From assembly GCA_036752365.1 (NCBI GenBank), contig DAIOSW010000001.1, positions 1-42,255 of the forward strand: 42,255 bases of DNA, given 5' to 3'. Below the pieces are notes generated by a model. That model did no database searches. It was not told the origin of the DNA and worked only from the letters and a program-made list of their open reading frames with translations. This document shows, piece by piece, positions 27,526 to 37,668 of this stretch (positions within the stretch are counted from its first letter, which is position 1; each line of letters opens with the position of its first letter). This stretch comes from Prevotella sp. (lineage in GTDB: Bacteria; Bacteroidota; Bacteroidia; Bacteroidales; Bacteroidaceae). The translations under genes were made by a program, and so were the position numbers.

Positions 27526-29223
27526 TTAATTTAGGGGTAAGTACCATTTCTGTTTGTTTAATAATAGTTCATATAAAGTCTTGTCTTGGACTCCGCTACG
27601 TTCTGATACGGGTTTAGCCAGATAGATGGGATCATTACGGCGTATTGCAATTCTCATCAGATCAAAGAATCTGTATCCTTCGAATTGTGTTTCCAGAGCC
27701 ATTTCATTTGCAATCATATCCTCAACAAGCGGTATCTGATAATTGGTTGTATCTTGATAGGTAGCCAAAGAATCTGATGGCTCTGGCAAATTATAGTAAA
27801 TATTAGCACGACTGTCACCGCTACCGCGAGAGTGTACTCCCTGAGTATTCTGTTCGGTAAATGAGTATTGGCTGAAAGAAAGAAATGAGGCTCCGTTTGT
27901 TCTTTCTATACTGTCAACATAGTTGCTCAGATTGTCGGAATTAAGTCCGCATTTCAGAATTGCAAATGCGGCTTGAGGATAACCGGCACGGTTGAGAGCC
28001 TCAGCAAAACGTAGATATATTACGTTCGTACGGTAGGTTGTTATTCCGTCACTGTTTATTTTGCTAATTGTTTGGCGGTTGGCAGAATATTTTGATGTAG
28101 CTGACTGATTGATAACATTTGTCTTCCAGTTAGCATAGAGGCGGAGGTCTCCAACTAGTAACTCGTTGAGTTCATTCTTTGTAGGAGCGTAAAGTGTATC
28201 ACGTTTAGCGTTTGTGGCATAAACTAAACAGAAACTTTGTGATTCTGATAATTTTTTCAGAGCAGTCGACGGTTCTGCTTGGCAGAAATAGTTATTGTCG
28301 AGCGTAGAATTATATACATTTTTCAGATCACTGGTTATACCATTGAATTCATTTGTTTCCATAGGTATGTAACTCTGGCATTCTTGAGAGCTGCTACTAT
28401 TAAATAGGTTGCTGTAGCCGTTTATCATATTTTTGAAATCAGTAGAGTTCCAGTAAATGCCAGAAGTTCCTGTTGTTATTTCTTTACCAGTAAGGGTTAG
28501 ATAATCATGATAGAATTGTGCTGCCTCTTGATAACGTCCTGCCCACAAGCATAAATCACCGAGAAGTGCCCGCACGGGTATAAAGAACTTTTGTGAGTTC
28601 TTGCTTCCGATAGTTCCGTAAGATGGGAGAGGGACATTGATATAGGGTTTTAGATCATCAATGAAATAATTACAGATATCTGTGATCCCTGATTTTGTTT
28701 TATTCTGTTCTTCTTCTGCTTTTGCTTCAGTGAGAACAGGATCCGTAACAAGTGGGACGCTACCATAGGCTTGTGCTAGTTGTAAATAGGTCCAAGCACG
28801 AAAGGCCTTGACAGCAGCATATTCGGATTGGAATATCTTCACGTTTCTTTTAGTGAGTGATGTATCAACAGTTGCGAGATAGTAATTGCAGTTATTGATT
28901 ACAGCATAATAGTCGCTCACTTTATTATATTTATTATCTGTTGTCGCACTGAAATTTGCCAATGTCTTAAGATCAGTACTTGCATTCGCCGTAGTAGTGG
29001 TAAGATCACCACGCATCTCACCGATGAGAACTGTGCGATCGGCAATCTTTTGCATTTTATAGATGATTCCCATTACAGAATAAACAGAGTCAACAGGACT
29101 GTCGAGTGTGTTATCTTTCTGAAACATGACAAGGTTAGAGTCAGTTTCCATCATATCACTGCACGATGAAAGAGATATTCCAATTGTAGCAGTGAGAGCC
29201 AAACTTATTATTGTTTTTTTCAT
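27526..29223 (-). CDS. SusD/RagB-family outer membrane lipoprotein
   Basis: Lipobox LSSC, GEMRGD, YYAVINNCN, FRAWTYLQL..YGSVP, EMALETQFEGYRFFDLMR. Confidence 0.92.
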   Translation of the reverse strand: MKKTIISLALTATIGISLSSCSDMMETDSNLVMFQKDNTLDSPVDSVYSVMGIIYKMQKIADRTVLIGEMRGDLTTTTANASTDLKTLANFSATTDNKYNKVSDYYAVINNCNYYLATVDTSLTKRNVKIFQSEYAAVKAFRAWTYLQLAQAYGSVPLVTDPVLTEAKAEEEQNKTKSGITDICNYFIDDLKPYINVPLPSYGTIGSKNSQKFFIPVRALLGDLCLWAGRYQEAAQFYHDYLTLTGKEITTGTSGIYWNSTDFKNMINGYSNLFNSSSSQECQSYIPMETNEFNGITSDLKNVYNSTLDNNYFCQAEPSTALKKLSESQSFCLVYATNAKRDTLYAPTKNELNELLVGDLRLYANWKTNVINQSATSKYSANRQTISKINSDGITTYRTNVIYLRFAEALNRAGYPQAAFAILKCGLNSDNLSNYVDSIERTNGASFLSFSQYSFTEQNTQGVHSRGSGDSRANIYYNLPEPSDSLATYQDTTNYQIPLVEDMIANEMALETQFEGYRFFDLMRIAIRRNDPIYLAKPVSERSGVQDKTLYELLLNKQKWYLPLN

Positions 29224-29233
29224 ATTTGTATCG

Positions 29234-32200
29234 TTATAAGTTAATCTTTATACCTAAGGAGAATGAACGTCCATTACCAAGTAGTCCACGATCGATACCT
29301 TGACTAAGTACACTATTTCCTAAAGAACAATCGGGATCCGTACCTAAATATTTCGTGATTGTAAATAGATTTTCTGCGCTTCCCCAAAATGTTATACCCT
29401 GGAGGTATGTTGAGTGTACAGGTAAAGCATAACTTAGAGTTAGTGAACGCAGACGTATATAAGACCCATCTTCTATCCAGCGGTCGCTGAAACGGCTGTT
29501 ACCCATCTCATCTTGATAGCTGACACGCGGAATATCGGTTATCTGGCCTTCACATGTCCATCGGTTGTTCATTGCTGTGGTCTGATTATAGAAATAGCAC
29601 CCTCCTTCAAGTATCATTCTCTCATAGTTAAATACATCATTTCCTAGAGAATAGTTGAAAACAGCGTTTAGTGTCCAGTTCTTGAATGTGAGATTGGAAG
29701 ATATATTACCGAAGATATCCGGATTTGGATTACCGATTACAGTACGGTCGTTTTCGTTGATACAGTTGTCTGTATGCAAGTCAACGAATTTCATATCTCC
29801 GGCCTTAAAATATTCTTTCTCCCCACTTTCGGAGAGTTGATAAAGCCCAGCTGTCTTTGCTTCTGCTGTAGTGCTGAATACTCCATTGGTCTTGTATCCA
29901 TAGAAAAGACCAACAGGTGAACCTACTTGTGAGAGAACAGTTGCTCCATAGATGGATGTGGTAAATGACTTATCGTTATCAGGAAGGGCTGTAATCTTAT
30001 TTACATAATGTCCGGCTGAAGCACCAATCTGCCATTTCCAATTTTTAAGGTTGAGCACTTTTATGGTGGCAGCAACATCGAAACCTTCGTTCTCAAGTTT
30101 ACCATTATTGCTCCAATTCTCCGATAAACCGCTCGTGTAGGCGAGCTGTTTGAGTGTAAGTAGATTACTTGTCCAACTCTTGAAATAGTTAAATTGCAGG
30201 TTTACGCGGTTGTTGATAACATTTGTTTCAATACCAGCAGTAAATCGTTTTGTCGTTTCCCATTTCAAAGAAGTGTTACCTATATTTGCAATAGACAGTC
30301 CGTCAACAGAATTTCCGATCATCGTATTTGCTTTGAAATATGTTCTTGAGGCTGTGTAATCGATATCGTCATTTCCACTCACATCAAATCCGACATTCAG
30401 CTTCATGTAATTGATACCTTTGATCTTGGCCCAAGGTTCGTTTGATAGAACCCATGCTCCCTGAATGCTAGGGAATAGACCCCAGACAACTCCAAACATG
30501 TTAAGGCCATCTGCATCACTACCAAAACGTGACGAGGTCTCTGCTGACAATCCTGCTGTGCAATAATATTTTTCTGCATAGTTATAGTCGGCATTAGCGT
30601 ACCATGTTATATCGCGGCATTTGTCGTCTGCACCGCTTGTTGATTTATAAGCAAGGCTGCTACTCATATTCGGAGTCTTGTCATTACCCGTGTTATAACC
30701 TTTTTGGATGTTGAGCTTGTAGTTGTCGCTAATGTATCTTACGCCTCCAAAGAGGTTTATTTTATGAGCTCCATAGCGGTTGCCCCATTCTAGTCGGGTA
30801 TCACTTGATATAGAACTCTCACGTCCTGCAAGTGATTCTGCGACATTATATACATAAGTAGTACTACTCAAACCGTTGACTTTGAATGCCGGTACTCCAC
30901 TGATTGGTAGATAATAGTTTTCGTTGGTGTTGGTCAGTGAAAAACTAAAGTGTTCGTAGAGCGTGAGATGCTTATTAAAGTTATATTTCGGTGTGATTGC
31001 AATATTGATGATGCGATTACCGAATGTGTTACGGTTTTGACCTTCACCATAAGTTAGAATACTTGATGGATTAGCGAGTGAATTATCGGAACCGAAAACC
31101 TCTGATAGATAATCATCAGCATTTTCAAGATAGCTGCTCTGATTGCCTTTGACATCGAAAGCATAAGGATTAAGAAACGGACTTTTTATGAGGCCCAAGA
31201 GTCCTGGTGATGTAACTGTAGTATTCATAATGTTATCAGAGACACCATCATCCCTCAGGTCGCGATTGACATCACTGTAAGATGCATCGAATCTACATGT
31301 AAGATTGCGGATGAGTTCAATATCTGTATTCAGTCGCATATTAAATCTTGAGAAGTCATTATCCTTAAGAGTACTGTTAGCATAGGAATAACCTACAGAC
31401 AGATTATAGTTCGCAACGTCATCACCTCCTTGTACATTGATTCCATAATTTTGTGAAAAAGTGTTGTGGTAAACTTCTTTTGTCCAGTCTGTATTATTAT
31501 GATACTGTTTATAATAATAATATGTAGGGTCATTGTTCAGAAACTTCAGTCCGGATATATCACTTGCTGATGTTGATGACAGCAGCTGGGTAGAGTAGAG
31601 ACGGTAGTCTTCTGCATTCATCATCTCTGGAAGTTTAGGCATTAAGTCGTAACGACCATTGACAGTTACATCTATCTTTGTTGCCATCGATTTGTTTCGT
31701 TTCGTCTGGATGAGAAGAACACCGTTAGCACCCTTTGCCCCATAAATAGCTGTACCATTTTTTAATACAGTTACTTTTTCTATATCGTTAACGTTGATAT
31801 TAGCCAACAGGTTATTATAATAACCATCATGGATTACAGAACGACTGTACTGCATGTCTGTGATCACGCCATCTATCACAATTAGTGGTTGAGCATTGGC
31901 TTGCAGAGAGTTGATACCATTGATAAGCATCATATTACCTAACCCAACATTAGCACCACGTGAGATGGAACGTACGTCAGCCCCAAGACGTTCTGATATA
32001 AATGGATCAATAGACTCTACAGAACTGTTGTCAAACTGGCTTGTTTCCTTTTGTTTTGACGCGGAGGTGGTGCGGTTATATTGAGATGAAAAACTGGTGG
32101 TATACATGCGAGCATTTACCGCATTATGGCTTTTCCCTACAGCACACTGCTGAATGTTATAACCATCAACTCTCATCATAACAGAGCTGGTGCGATGAGG

Positions 32201-32404
32201 AACTTTTACTTCGTACTTACCTGTTTCATCGGTCATAGCTGAGAACTTATTGTTTCCGTAGGCTTCGACAATAACTCCGGGAATAGGATCACCGGTTGCA
32301 GCGTCGAAAACTGAGCCTTTGACAATGAACGTTGTTGTATCTCTCTGAGCTGCTATCGTCAGTGAAGCCGCTAGCATCATCAATATAATAGTTGTCTTTT
32401 TCAT
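29234..32404 (-). CDS. SusC/RagA-family TonB-dependent transporter (second copy)
   Basis: PLIVIDG, TAIYGAKGANGVLLIQTKR, LKWETT, IGNPNPD, SDRWIEDGSYIRLR. Confidence 0.93.
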   Translation of the reverse strand: MKKTTIILMMLAASLTIAAQRDTTTFIVKGSVFDAATGDPIPGVIVEAYGNNKFSAMTDETGKYEVKVPHRTSSVMMRVDGYNIQQCAVGKSHNAVNARMYTTSFSSQYNRTTSASKQKETSQFDNSSVESIDPFISERLGADVRSISRGANVGLGNMMLINGINSLQANAQPLIVIDGVITDMQYSRSVIHDGYYNNLLANINVNDIEKVTVLKNGTAIYGAKGANGVLLIQTKRNKSMATKIDVTVNGRYDLMPKLPEMMNAEDYRLYSTQLLSSTSASDISGLKFLNNDPTYYYYKQYHNNTDWTKEVYHNTFSQNYGINVQGGDDVANYNLSVGYSYANSTLKDNDFSRFNMRLNTDIELIRNLTCRFDASYSDVNRDLRDDGVSDNIMNTTVTSPGLLGLIKSPFLNPYAFDVKGNQSSYLENADDYLSEVFGSDNSLANPSSILTYGEGQNRNTFGNRIINIAITPKYNFNKHLTLYEHFSFSLTNTNENYYLPISGVPAFKVNGLSSTTYVYNVAESLAGRESSISSDTRLEWGNRYGAHKINLFGGVRYISDNYKLNIQKGYNTGNDKTPNMSSSLAYKSTSGADDKCRDITWYANADYNYAEKYYCTAGLSAETSSRFGSDADGLNMFGVVWGLFPSIQGAWVLSNEPWAKIKGINYMKLNVGFDVSGNDDIDYTASRTYFKANTMIGNSVDGLSIANIGNTSLKWETTKRFTAGIETNVINNRVNLQFNYFKSWTSNLLTLKQLAYTSGLSENWSNNGKLENEGFDVAATIKVLNLKNWKWQIGASAGHYVNKITALPDNDKSFTTSIYGATVLSQVGSPVGLFYGYKTNGVFSTTAEAKTAGLYQLSESGEKEYFKAGDMKFVDLHTDNCINENDRTVIGNPNPDIFGNISSNLTFKNWTLNAVFNYSLGNDVFNYERMILEGGCYFYNQTTAMNNRWTCEGQITDIPRVSYQDEMGNSRFSDRWIEDGSYIRLRSLTLSYALPVHSTYLQGITFWGSAENLFTITKYLGTDPDCSLGNSVLSQGIDRGLLGNGRSFSLGIKINL

Positions 32405-33996
32405 TTTTGTTCAGAAATAGGTTTCAGGTATATGCAGTCTATAAATGTTTCACGCAGATATGTGGATGACTCTCGTGCCAGTATGGAACATGTGAGAGTT
32501 AGCGTGACTGTCGTTTTGTCTTGCTTGTAATTGCAGGTAGGGAACTTGAATGCTTTTGCAAGCACGATAGTATCTACTTTGTTAATGTTATTAGTGAAAG
32601 TTGCATTTCCGCAATTATATGTCTGTTGTTTACCTTTAACATCATAATACTTAAGCGTCGCTTTGAATTTGTTAGGACGTGTATCTGGTTTTACGGTGTT
32701 ATATACTTTGTTTGGCAAGATAACTGCACAAATGTCATAAGTACCGGCTAATGTGTTATCAATGTTGTACGTCACAGTCCAGTTGGATGTAGCTGGTGAT
32801 GCTACAATGTCAATATACGAATGGTTGGATATACTGTCGGCAGACAAATAACGTATGTTGTAATTACATAGGGAGCTACTTACAAGGTTTGATTCTTTTT
32901 CTGCTTCCATCGTTATCTCCTTGAAGAACGTATCTTTGTATTTAAATGGCCATTTGTCTGTCTGATACAGGATACCATTGCTACATGCAATTTTATTTGT
33001 CGATTGATTCAAAATACCGCCAGTTGCGAACGGCTTGTAAAAGACATGATCTTTCCATTTTCTTATATTATATCTTGTGGAGACAAGAGAGTCTTTCGGA
33101 GATTTTTGTATATTCATGTTGAAGAATTCATCATCCATAATAGCTCTATATGTCCAATATCGTTGCAATGAATCAGCTTTATTGATATAGGCATAGTTGA
33201 AATATTTGGCAATACTGTCATATGCCTCAGTAAATCCAGTTGCTGATGGTGCAACCATCAAATAGGAACTATCTTCAGAGTTGATATATCCAAAACCGTC
33301 TAGCATAGCGTTCTTCTCGATCAAAACAGAGTCTATGTATACAGGAACTCCGTCAACAAGTCCAGAGGAAAGGGACTTTTCTTCGTCTAGAGAGTCTTTT
33401 TCAAATCCTCTTAGAAAATTTCCCATTGACTTAAACTGATCCATGTTGGCCAAAGCCTCATAAATGTTATATTGATATGAAAGGTCTTTGTTTATGATAT
33501 GCAGAATACCATTCTTTGCTCGATTGTTAGCTGACGATATTGTGGCATCTCCTATTTTCCCAGAACCAAAGGTAAGATGTTTTGTATTCATCAACGTTAC
33601 GTCGTCGCTGTCTCCGACAAGCGAAAAGGTGGAACGGGCAATATGATTTTTGACAAACATCTTCTCAACACAAGAGTCGCCTATTGCTGTCTGACATAAG
33701 GCAATAAGTGAGTCTTTGTTAAATGTGCCGTTTTGAGGAGCCCATACTGTAAACGCCTGTCCGGAATTGAGTAAGTCAGCATAGCTTACAGTACTTTTTT
33801 TATGATGACGATATATATAAGTATTGCTAAGTACCGAACTGAAATCACTTAGATTGCTGTTGGCTGATATCTCATGCCATAAAGTCTGCTCAGAACCTGA
33901 AGTAGCAGTATCATAGTGATCGTCCCACGAGTCGCTGCATGATGTGCAGGCTATCAGTAAAGCTGCTAATGGTAATATTTTATTTATTGATTTCAT
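32401..33996 (-). CDS. Fasciclin (FAS1) domain surface lipoprotein
   Basis: Lipobox CTSC, FTVWAPQN...NGILHII, and a second repeat YLMVAPS...NGILY. Confidence 0.8.
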   Translation of the reverse strand: MKSINKILPLAALLIACTSCSDSWDDHYDTATSGSEQTLWHEISANSNLSDFSSVLSNTYIYRHHKKSTVSYADLLNSGQAFTVWAPQNGTFNKDSLIALCQTAIGDSCVEKMFVKNHIARSTFSLVGDSDDVTLMNTKHLTFGSGKIGDATISSANNRAKNGILHIINKDLSYQYNIYEALANMDQFKSMGNFLRGFEKDSLDEEKSLSSGLVDGVPVYIDSVLIEKNAMLDGFGYINSEDSSYLMVAPSATGFTEAYDSIAKYFNYAYINKADSLQRYWTYRAIMDDEFFNMNIQKSPKDSLVSTRYNIRKWKDHVFYKPFATGGILNQSTNKIACSNGILYQTDKWPFKYKDTFFKEITMEAEKESNLVSSSLCNYNIRYLSADSISNHSYIDIVASPATSNWTVTYNIDNTLAGTYDICAVILPNKVYNTVKPDTRPNKFKATLKYYDVKGKQQTYNCGNATFTNNINKVDTIVLAKAFKFPTCNYKQDKTTVTLTLTCSILARESSTYLRETFIDCIYLKPISEQK

Positions 33997-34015
33997 AATC
34001 TATTCTTTAAAATTA

Positions 34016-35941
34016 TTAATGCTTGTTCTCGCCTTCAGGGCTTGCATACACACTCTTTGGGCATAATTCAATATAGTCGAATGACAGGTAGCAATTGGAA
34101 TTATCAAGAACTTGGCGGAATCTTAGATAGTTTGGCTTATCTGGTGTAAGATATTGGGTAGTAAGGATGCGACGCAAGTTTTCTGTATTATCGCGAAAGA
34201 CATTTCCTCCAGATGAACGGTATGAATCCATCGCTTTCATATAACCACGGTTTCGCATGGCTTTATCTACGGCATTGTTTGTCACCTCGTCGTCAACATC
34301 GGCAACCCATCCGATTTTTGGATCAGGACCATAAACACGAAGGTCGATAGGAATTCCGCAAGGCTGATTGTTGAGATAAACCTGAACAACACCACGTTCT
34401 GTACCTACAGTGTAACCGAGACGTATCTCGTATGTGCCTGCCGGAACAGGAGGTAATTTGATCGTGAGGTCATAGATACCCGTTACGCATACAGCATCGC
34501 CTTCGTAACTGTGCCAGTATAGCTCCTGATCATGAACACCTATAAATGTTTCTTTTGAGAATTTCCAGTCCTGAATGCATCCGTTTTTAAATCCGACGAG
34601 ATAGTCTGTACCAAAGTTTCCTCGTGCACTCTGATTCATAAAGTCCGGACTTAATGTGGTTGCGTCCACTCTTATTCTAGTGTTTAATACCACGTCGCGT
34701 GTCGTCGTATTATAGGTAAGAATATTATCTATATAGTGATATACACCATTAAGAGCACTTTGATCAACACCTGTCACTTCTGACGGAGCGAATACCCTTA
34801 CACCTCTGACTGAAAATTTCTTTTGTAGACCCTTACGATTGATAAAAAGACCATCACCGTTGATACAGAATCTGACAATTGTTCCGGGGCACATCGTTTC
34901 AAAGAAATCCTCTGGGTCAGCTACGTCTGTGACGCAACAATTGGCTCTGATCTGACTGGCAGTAAGCCACTCGTTATAGTTACCCATGCGGTTGATTAGG
35001 TGATAGGCGATAAATCTGTTGAGAGGATTCTTACGGTTGGTGAAATCTTCATCATACAGACCAGCATCCTCAGGATATACAGCATCGTAAACCTTCTTGG
35101 CATAAGCTTTCAAGTCATTAATGTTATGAATGTCATTCATATTAAAAATAGAGTCTGGCTCAACAAATGCCGTATATTTGAAATACCTCTTCTCTCTAAA
35201 ATGTGCGTACTGCCAATAGCCTCCGTAGAAAGTATATATACCCTTTGTTATGGAGTCTCCAGTACAGCTGTAAGTGTTGTCGATATATTTTGTGAGAGAA
35301 TCGTTCATGTGAGTAATCTGAAGAGCCTGACTGAAAATTGTGGCTTTCTGATCGGCTTCGATAAGATCCGGCAAAAAGAGATTACTAGACTCTAACACTC
35401 TATTTATAGTGTGTACAACTCCGTTGGTAACTGAGTCATCATAGTTTATCATTTTTGCTTTCTTGTTGATGTAATAAGTAAGTGCATTATTATTTTTAAC
35501 ATCAGAATCGCTTGAAAGAACAAGATACCTGTCATCCATATTCATGGAAGGTAATGCTCCGTCTGTCAAGTCCGTTGTGAAGTATGCCCCATCTTTTATA
35601 ATATGTGTTCTTGCCAATGTATCACAATCAGCAGCTGGAATTTCATCCACACTTTTGTAGCCTTTAGCACTCATATACTCGCTCATTGCAGAGTTGGTTG
35701 GAGCGAAACAGGTAAATTCACCGTATGTGGATAGTAGACTGTAATAGTTGGCGCGTTTAAGCACTTCGATAAAGTCACTGTAAGTGTTGTTACGATTATT
35801 AAGATAATCAGCAACAGTCTCACCTGTGAATGTATAGTAGTTTGCGGATGTCGTTTCATCCTCACAGCTTACGGTTAATGATAAGACAAATACCGTCGCA
35901 ATCATCAACAATATATTTTTCATATTAATAATATGTCTCAT
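34016..35941 (-). CDS. Fasciclin (FAS1) domain surface lipoprotein with a C-terminal beta-rich module
   Basis: Lipobox TVSC, FTCFAPTNSAM...NGVVHTINRVL, YTAFVEPD...NGVYHYIDNIL. True start may be 35923. Confidence 0.85.
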   Translation of the reverse strand: MRHIINMKNILLMIATVFVLSLTVSCEDETTSANYYTFTGETVADYLNNRNNTYSDFIEVLKRANYYSLLSTYGEFTCFAPTNSAMSEYMSAKGYKSVDEIPAADCDTLARTHIIKDGAYFTTDLTDGALPSMNMDDRYLVLSSDSDVKNNNALTYYINKKAKMINYDDSVTNGVVHTINRVLESSNLFLPDLIEADQKATIFSQALQITHMNDSLTKYIDNTYSCTGDSITKGIYTFYGGYWQYAHFREKRYFKYTAFVEPDSIFNMNDIHNINDLKAYAKKVYDAVYPEDAGLYDEDFTNRKNPLNRFIAYHLINRMGNYNEWLTASQIRANCCVTDVADPEDFFETMCPGTIVRFCINGDGLFINRKGLQKKFSVRGVRVFAPSEVTGVDQSALNGVYHYIDNILTYNTTTRDVVLNTRIRVDATTLSPDFMNQSARGNFGTDYLVGFKNGCIQDWKFSKETFIGVHDQELYWHSYEGDAVCVTGIYDLTIKLPPVPAGTYEIRLGYTVGTERGVVQVYLNNQPCGIPIDLRVYGPDPKIGWVADVDDEVTNNAVDKAMRNRGYMKAMDSYRSSGGNVFRDNTENLRRILTTQYLTPDKPNYLRFRQVLDNSNCYLSFDYIELCPKSVYASPEGENKH

Positions 35942-35954
35942 TGTTACTCTACTT

Positions 35955-37649
35955 TTATTGATTTATTTCTTGGTCTTCACCTGTGTCGTAAGCAGGGTTC
36001 TGAGTTAATTTTGGATTAACTTTCAGCTCCGATTGACTATATGGGAAATAGAGAATATCCGGGGCGCTAAGCTTTATTTTTATTGCGTTTGTGTTATCCT
36101 CATATTTATTCAACACGTAACTTACAAGACGACTGTTAGACCCCTCGCGGCGGGCTAGTCTGACAAGATCGAACCAGCGTTTTCCTTCAAAGAGCAGTTC
36201 ACGTTGGCGTTCTAGAAGTATCAGATTCTCCATAGCAGTTCGTGAACCTCCATAGTTGCTGAATACTAGTGTGTCTGTACGTGTACTGAGGGTAATATTA
36301 TTGGCACGTTTGTAAACGGCCTGCACAAGTGAGAATGCATTCTTATAACTGTTAACAGCACTATCTGCGTTAGCATTTCCCATTTTTTCAACTAAAGCTT
36401 CGGCCTTCATCAGCATAATATCGCTAAGGCGATATATAATCCAGCTTGCGTAGGATGTAGAACGAATGCTTGATGCAACTGTTGGCTGTGTTGTTGAAGA
36501 CGTACTTGAGTTATTGAATGATACATTCTGACGTACATACTTTGTAATTGGATATTTACTAGATGATGATTGCATTGATTCTAACACACGACAATCTGTA
36601 TTCTTGAATATTAAATTACCGCCAGTAAATACATCCTTAAATAAGAAAGCGGGTGCACTTAGATAGCCGAGTGTATTTGAGGAGCTTCCATAATATGAAC
36701 TCACAAATGAATTGGTTACGGATTGATTGTTCTCAAAATATAGTTCGAAAATGCTTTCAAACGAATTTCCCTGTCCGAAGATTTCATTGTAGGCATGTCC
36801 TGATTTAGTATCACCGTCTTCAATTTCATTGATCAGGGGATAGCCATTGTAAAGATCAATATCAAAAGATTGACCCGCTTTAGCTTTTTGTTCTTGATAC
36901 TGTTGCTTTTTGTAATCAATGATTAGATCACAGTATTTGATGCAGTTATCATAATCCTGTTTCCAAAGGTACATATCAGCCAACATCGCATAAATAGTGT
37001 AACGCGTAATACGGCTAGTGTTATAGTAACTCATTTCGGATTCATCAGTATAATAGCGTTTTACTGCATTATCTTTAACGGATTCCAAGTCTGTGATAAT
37101 TGAGTCGAGCACATCATTGAATTTTGATGCCGGTAACTTATAATTCTCAGTATCGTCGATTGACGGAGTTGTCGAGTAAGGTACATCCCGAAAGGCTCTA
37201 ATGAGATAGAAATAACAGAGGTCGCGAAGAGCTGAAGCTTCAGCCACGTTGGCCTTCATCTCATTTTCTGTATAATTAGGATCTTTCTTTTGTACAACAG
37301 ATGCATAATGACATACTGTATTACATCTGTTAATCGTCTGATAAAACGCTGTCCATTGACAGTATGTACTGTTAGGCAGTATATTCTCTTTCAATATTTC
37401 TGTTTCTGCATTTGGAGTGGCAGATCCGGCAACAATATTATCGGAACGCATCTCGCCCCAAACAGCCATCCTCTGTATACAATCAGCACTTTCAAGTGAC
37501 TGATAACAGGAATTGACTACACTCGATACATCGGATTTCTGAGTCCAGTAGTTTTCTAGCACTACGTCGTTAAGTGGTAGAATGTCCAAGAAGTCAGAAC
37601 ATGATGTGAGTGTCAAAGTCCCAAATATGATAATTGATATTTTTTTCAT
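35955..37649 (-). CDS. SusD/RagB-family outer membrane lipoprotein
   Basis: Start MKKISII, lipobox LTSC, GEMRSD, YQTINRCN, YRLSDIMLMKAEA, ERQRELLFEGKRWFDL. Confidence 0.93.
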   Translation of the reverse strand: MKKISIIIFGTLTLTSCSDFLDILPLNDVVLENYWTQKSDVSSVVNSCYQSLESADCIQRMAVWGEMRSDNIVAGSATPNAETEILKENILPNSTYCQWTAFYQTINRCNTVCHYASVVQKKDPNYTENEMKANVAEASALRDLCYFYLIRAFRDVPYSTTPSIDDTENYKLPASKFNDVLDSIITDLESVKDNAVKRYYTDESEMSYYNTSRITRYTIYAMLADMYLWKQDYDNCIKYCDLIIDYKKQQYQEQKAKAGQSFDIDLYNGYPLINEIEDGDTKSGHAYNEIFGQGNSFESIFELYFENNQSVTNSFVSSYYGSSSNTLGYLSAPAFLFKDVFTGGNLIFKNTDCRVLESMQSSSSKYPITKYVRQNVSFNNSSTSSTTQPTVASSIRSTSYASWIIYRLSDIMLMKAEALVEKMGNANADSAVNSYKNAFSLVQAVYKRANNITLSTRTDTLVFSNYGGSRTAMENLILLERQRELLFEGKRWFDLVRLARREGSNSRLVSYVLNKYEDNTNAIKIKLSAPDILYFPYSQSELKVNPKLTQNPAYDTGEDQEINQ

Positions 37650-37668
37650 CTTCCTTAGATTATTAATG

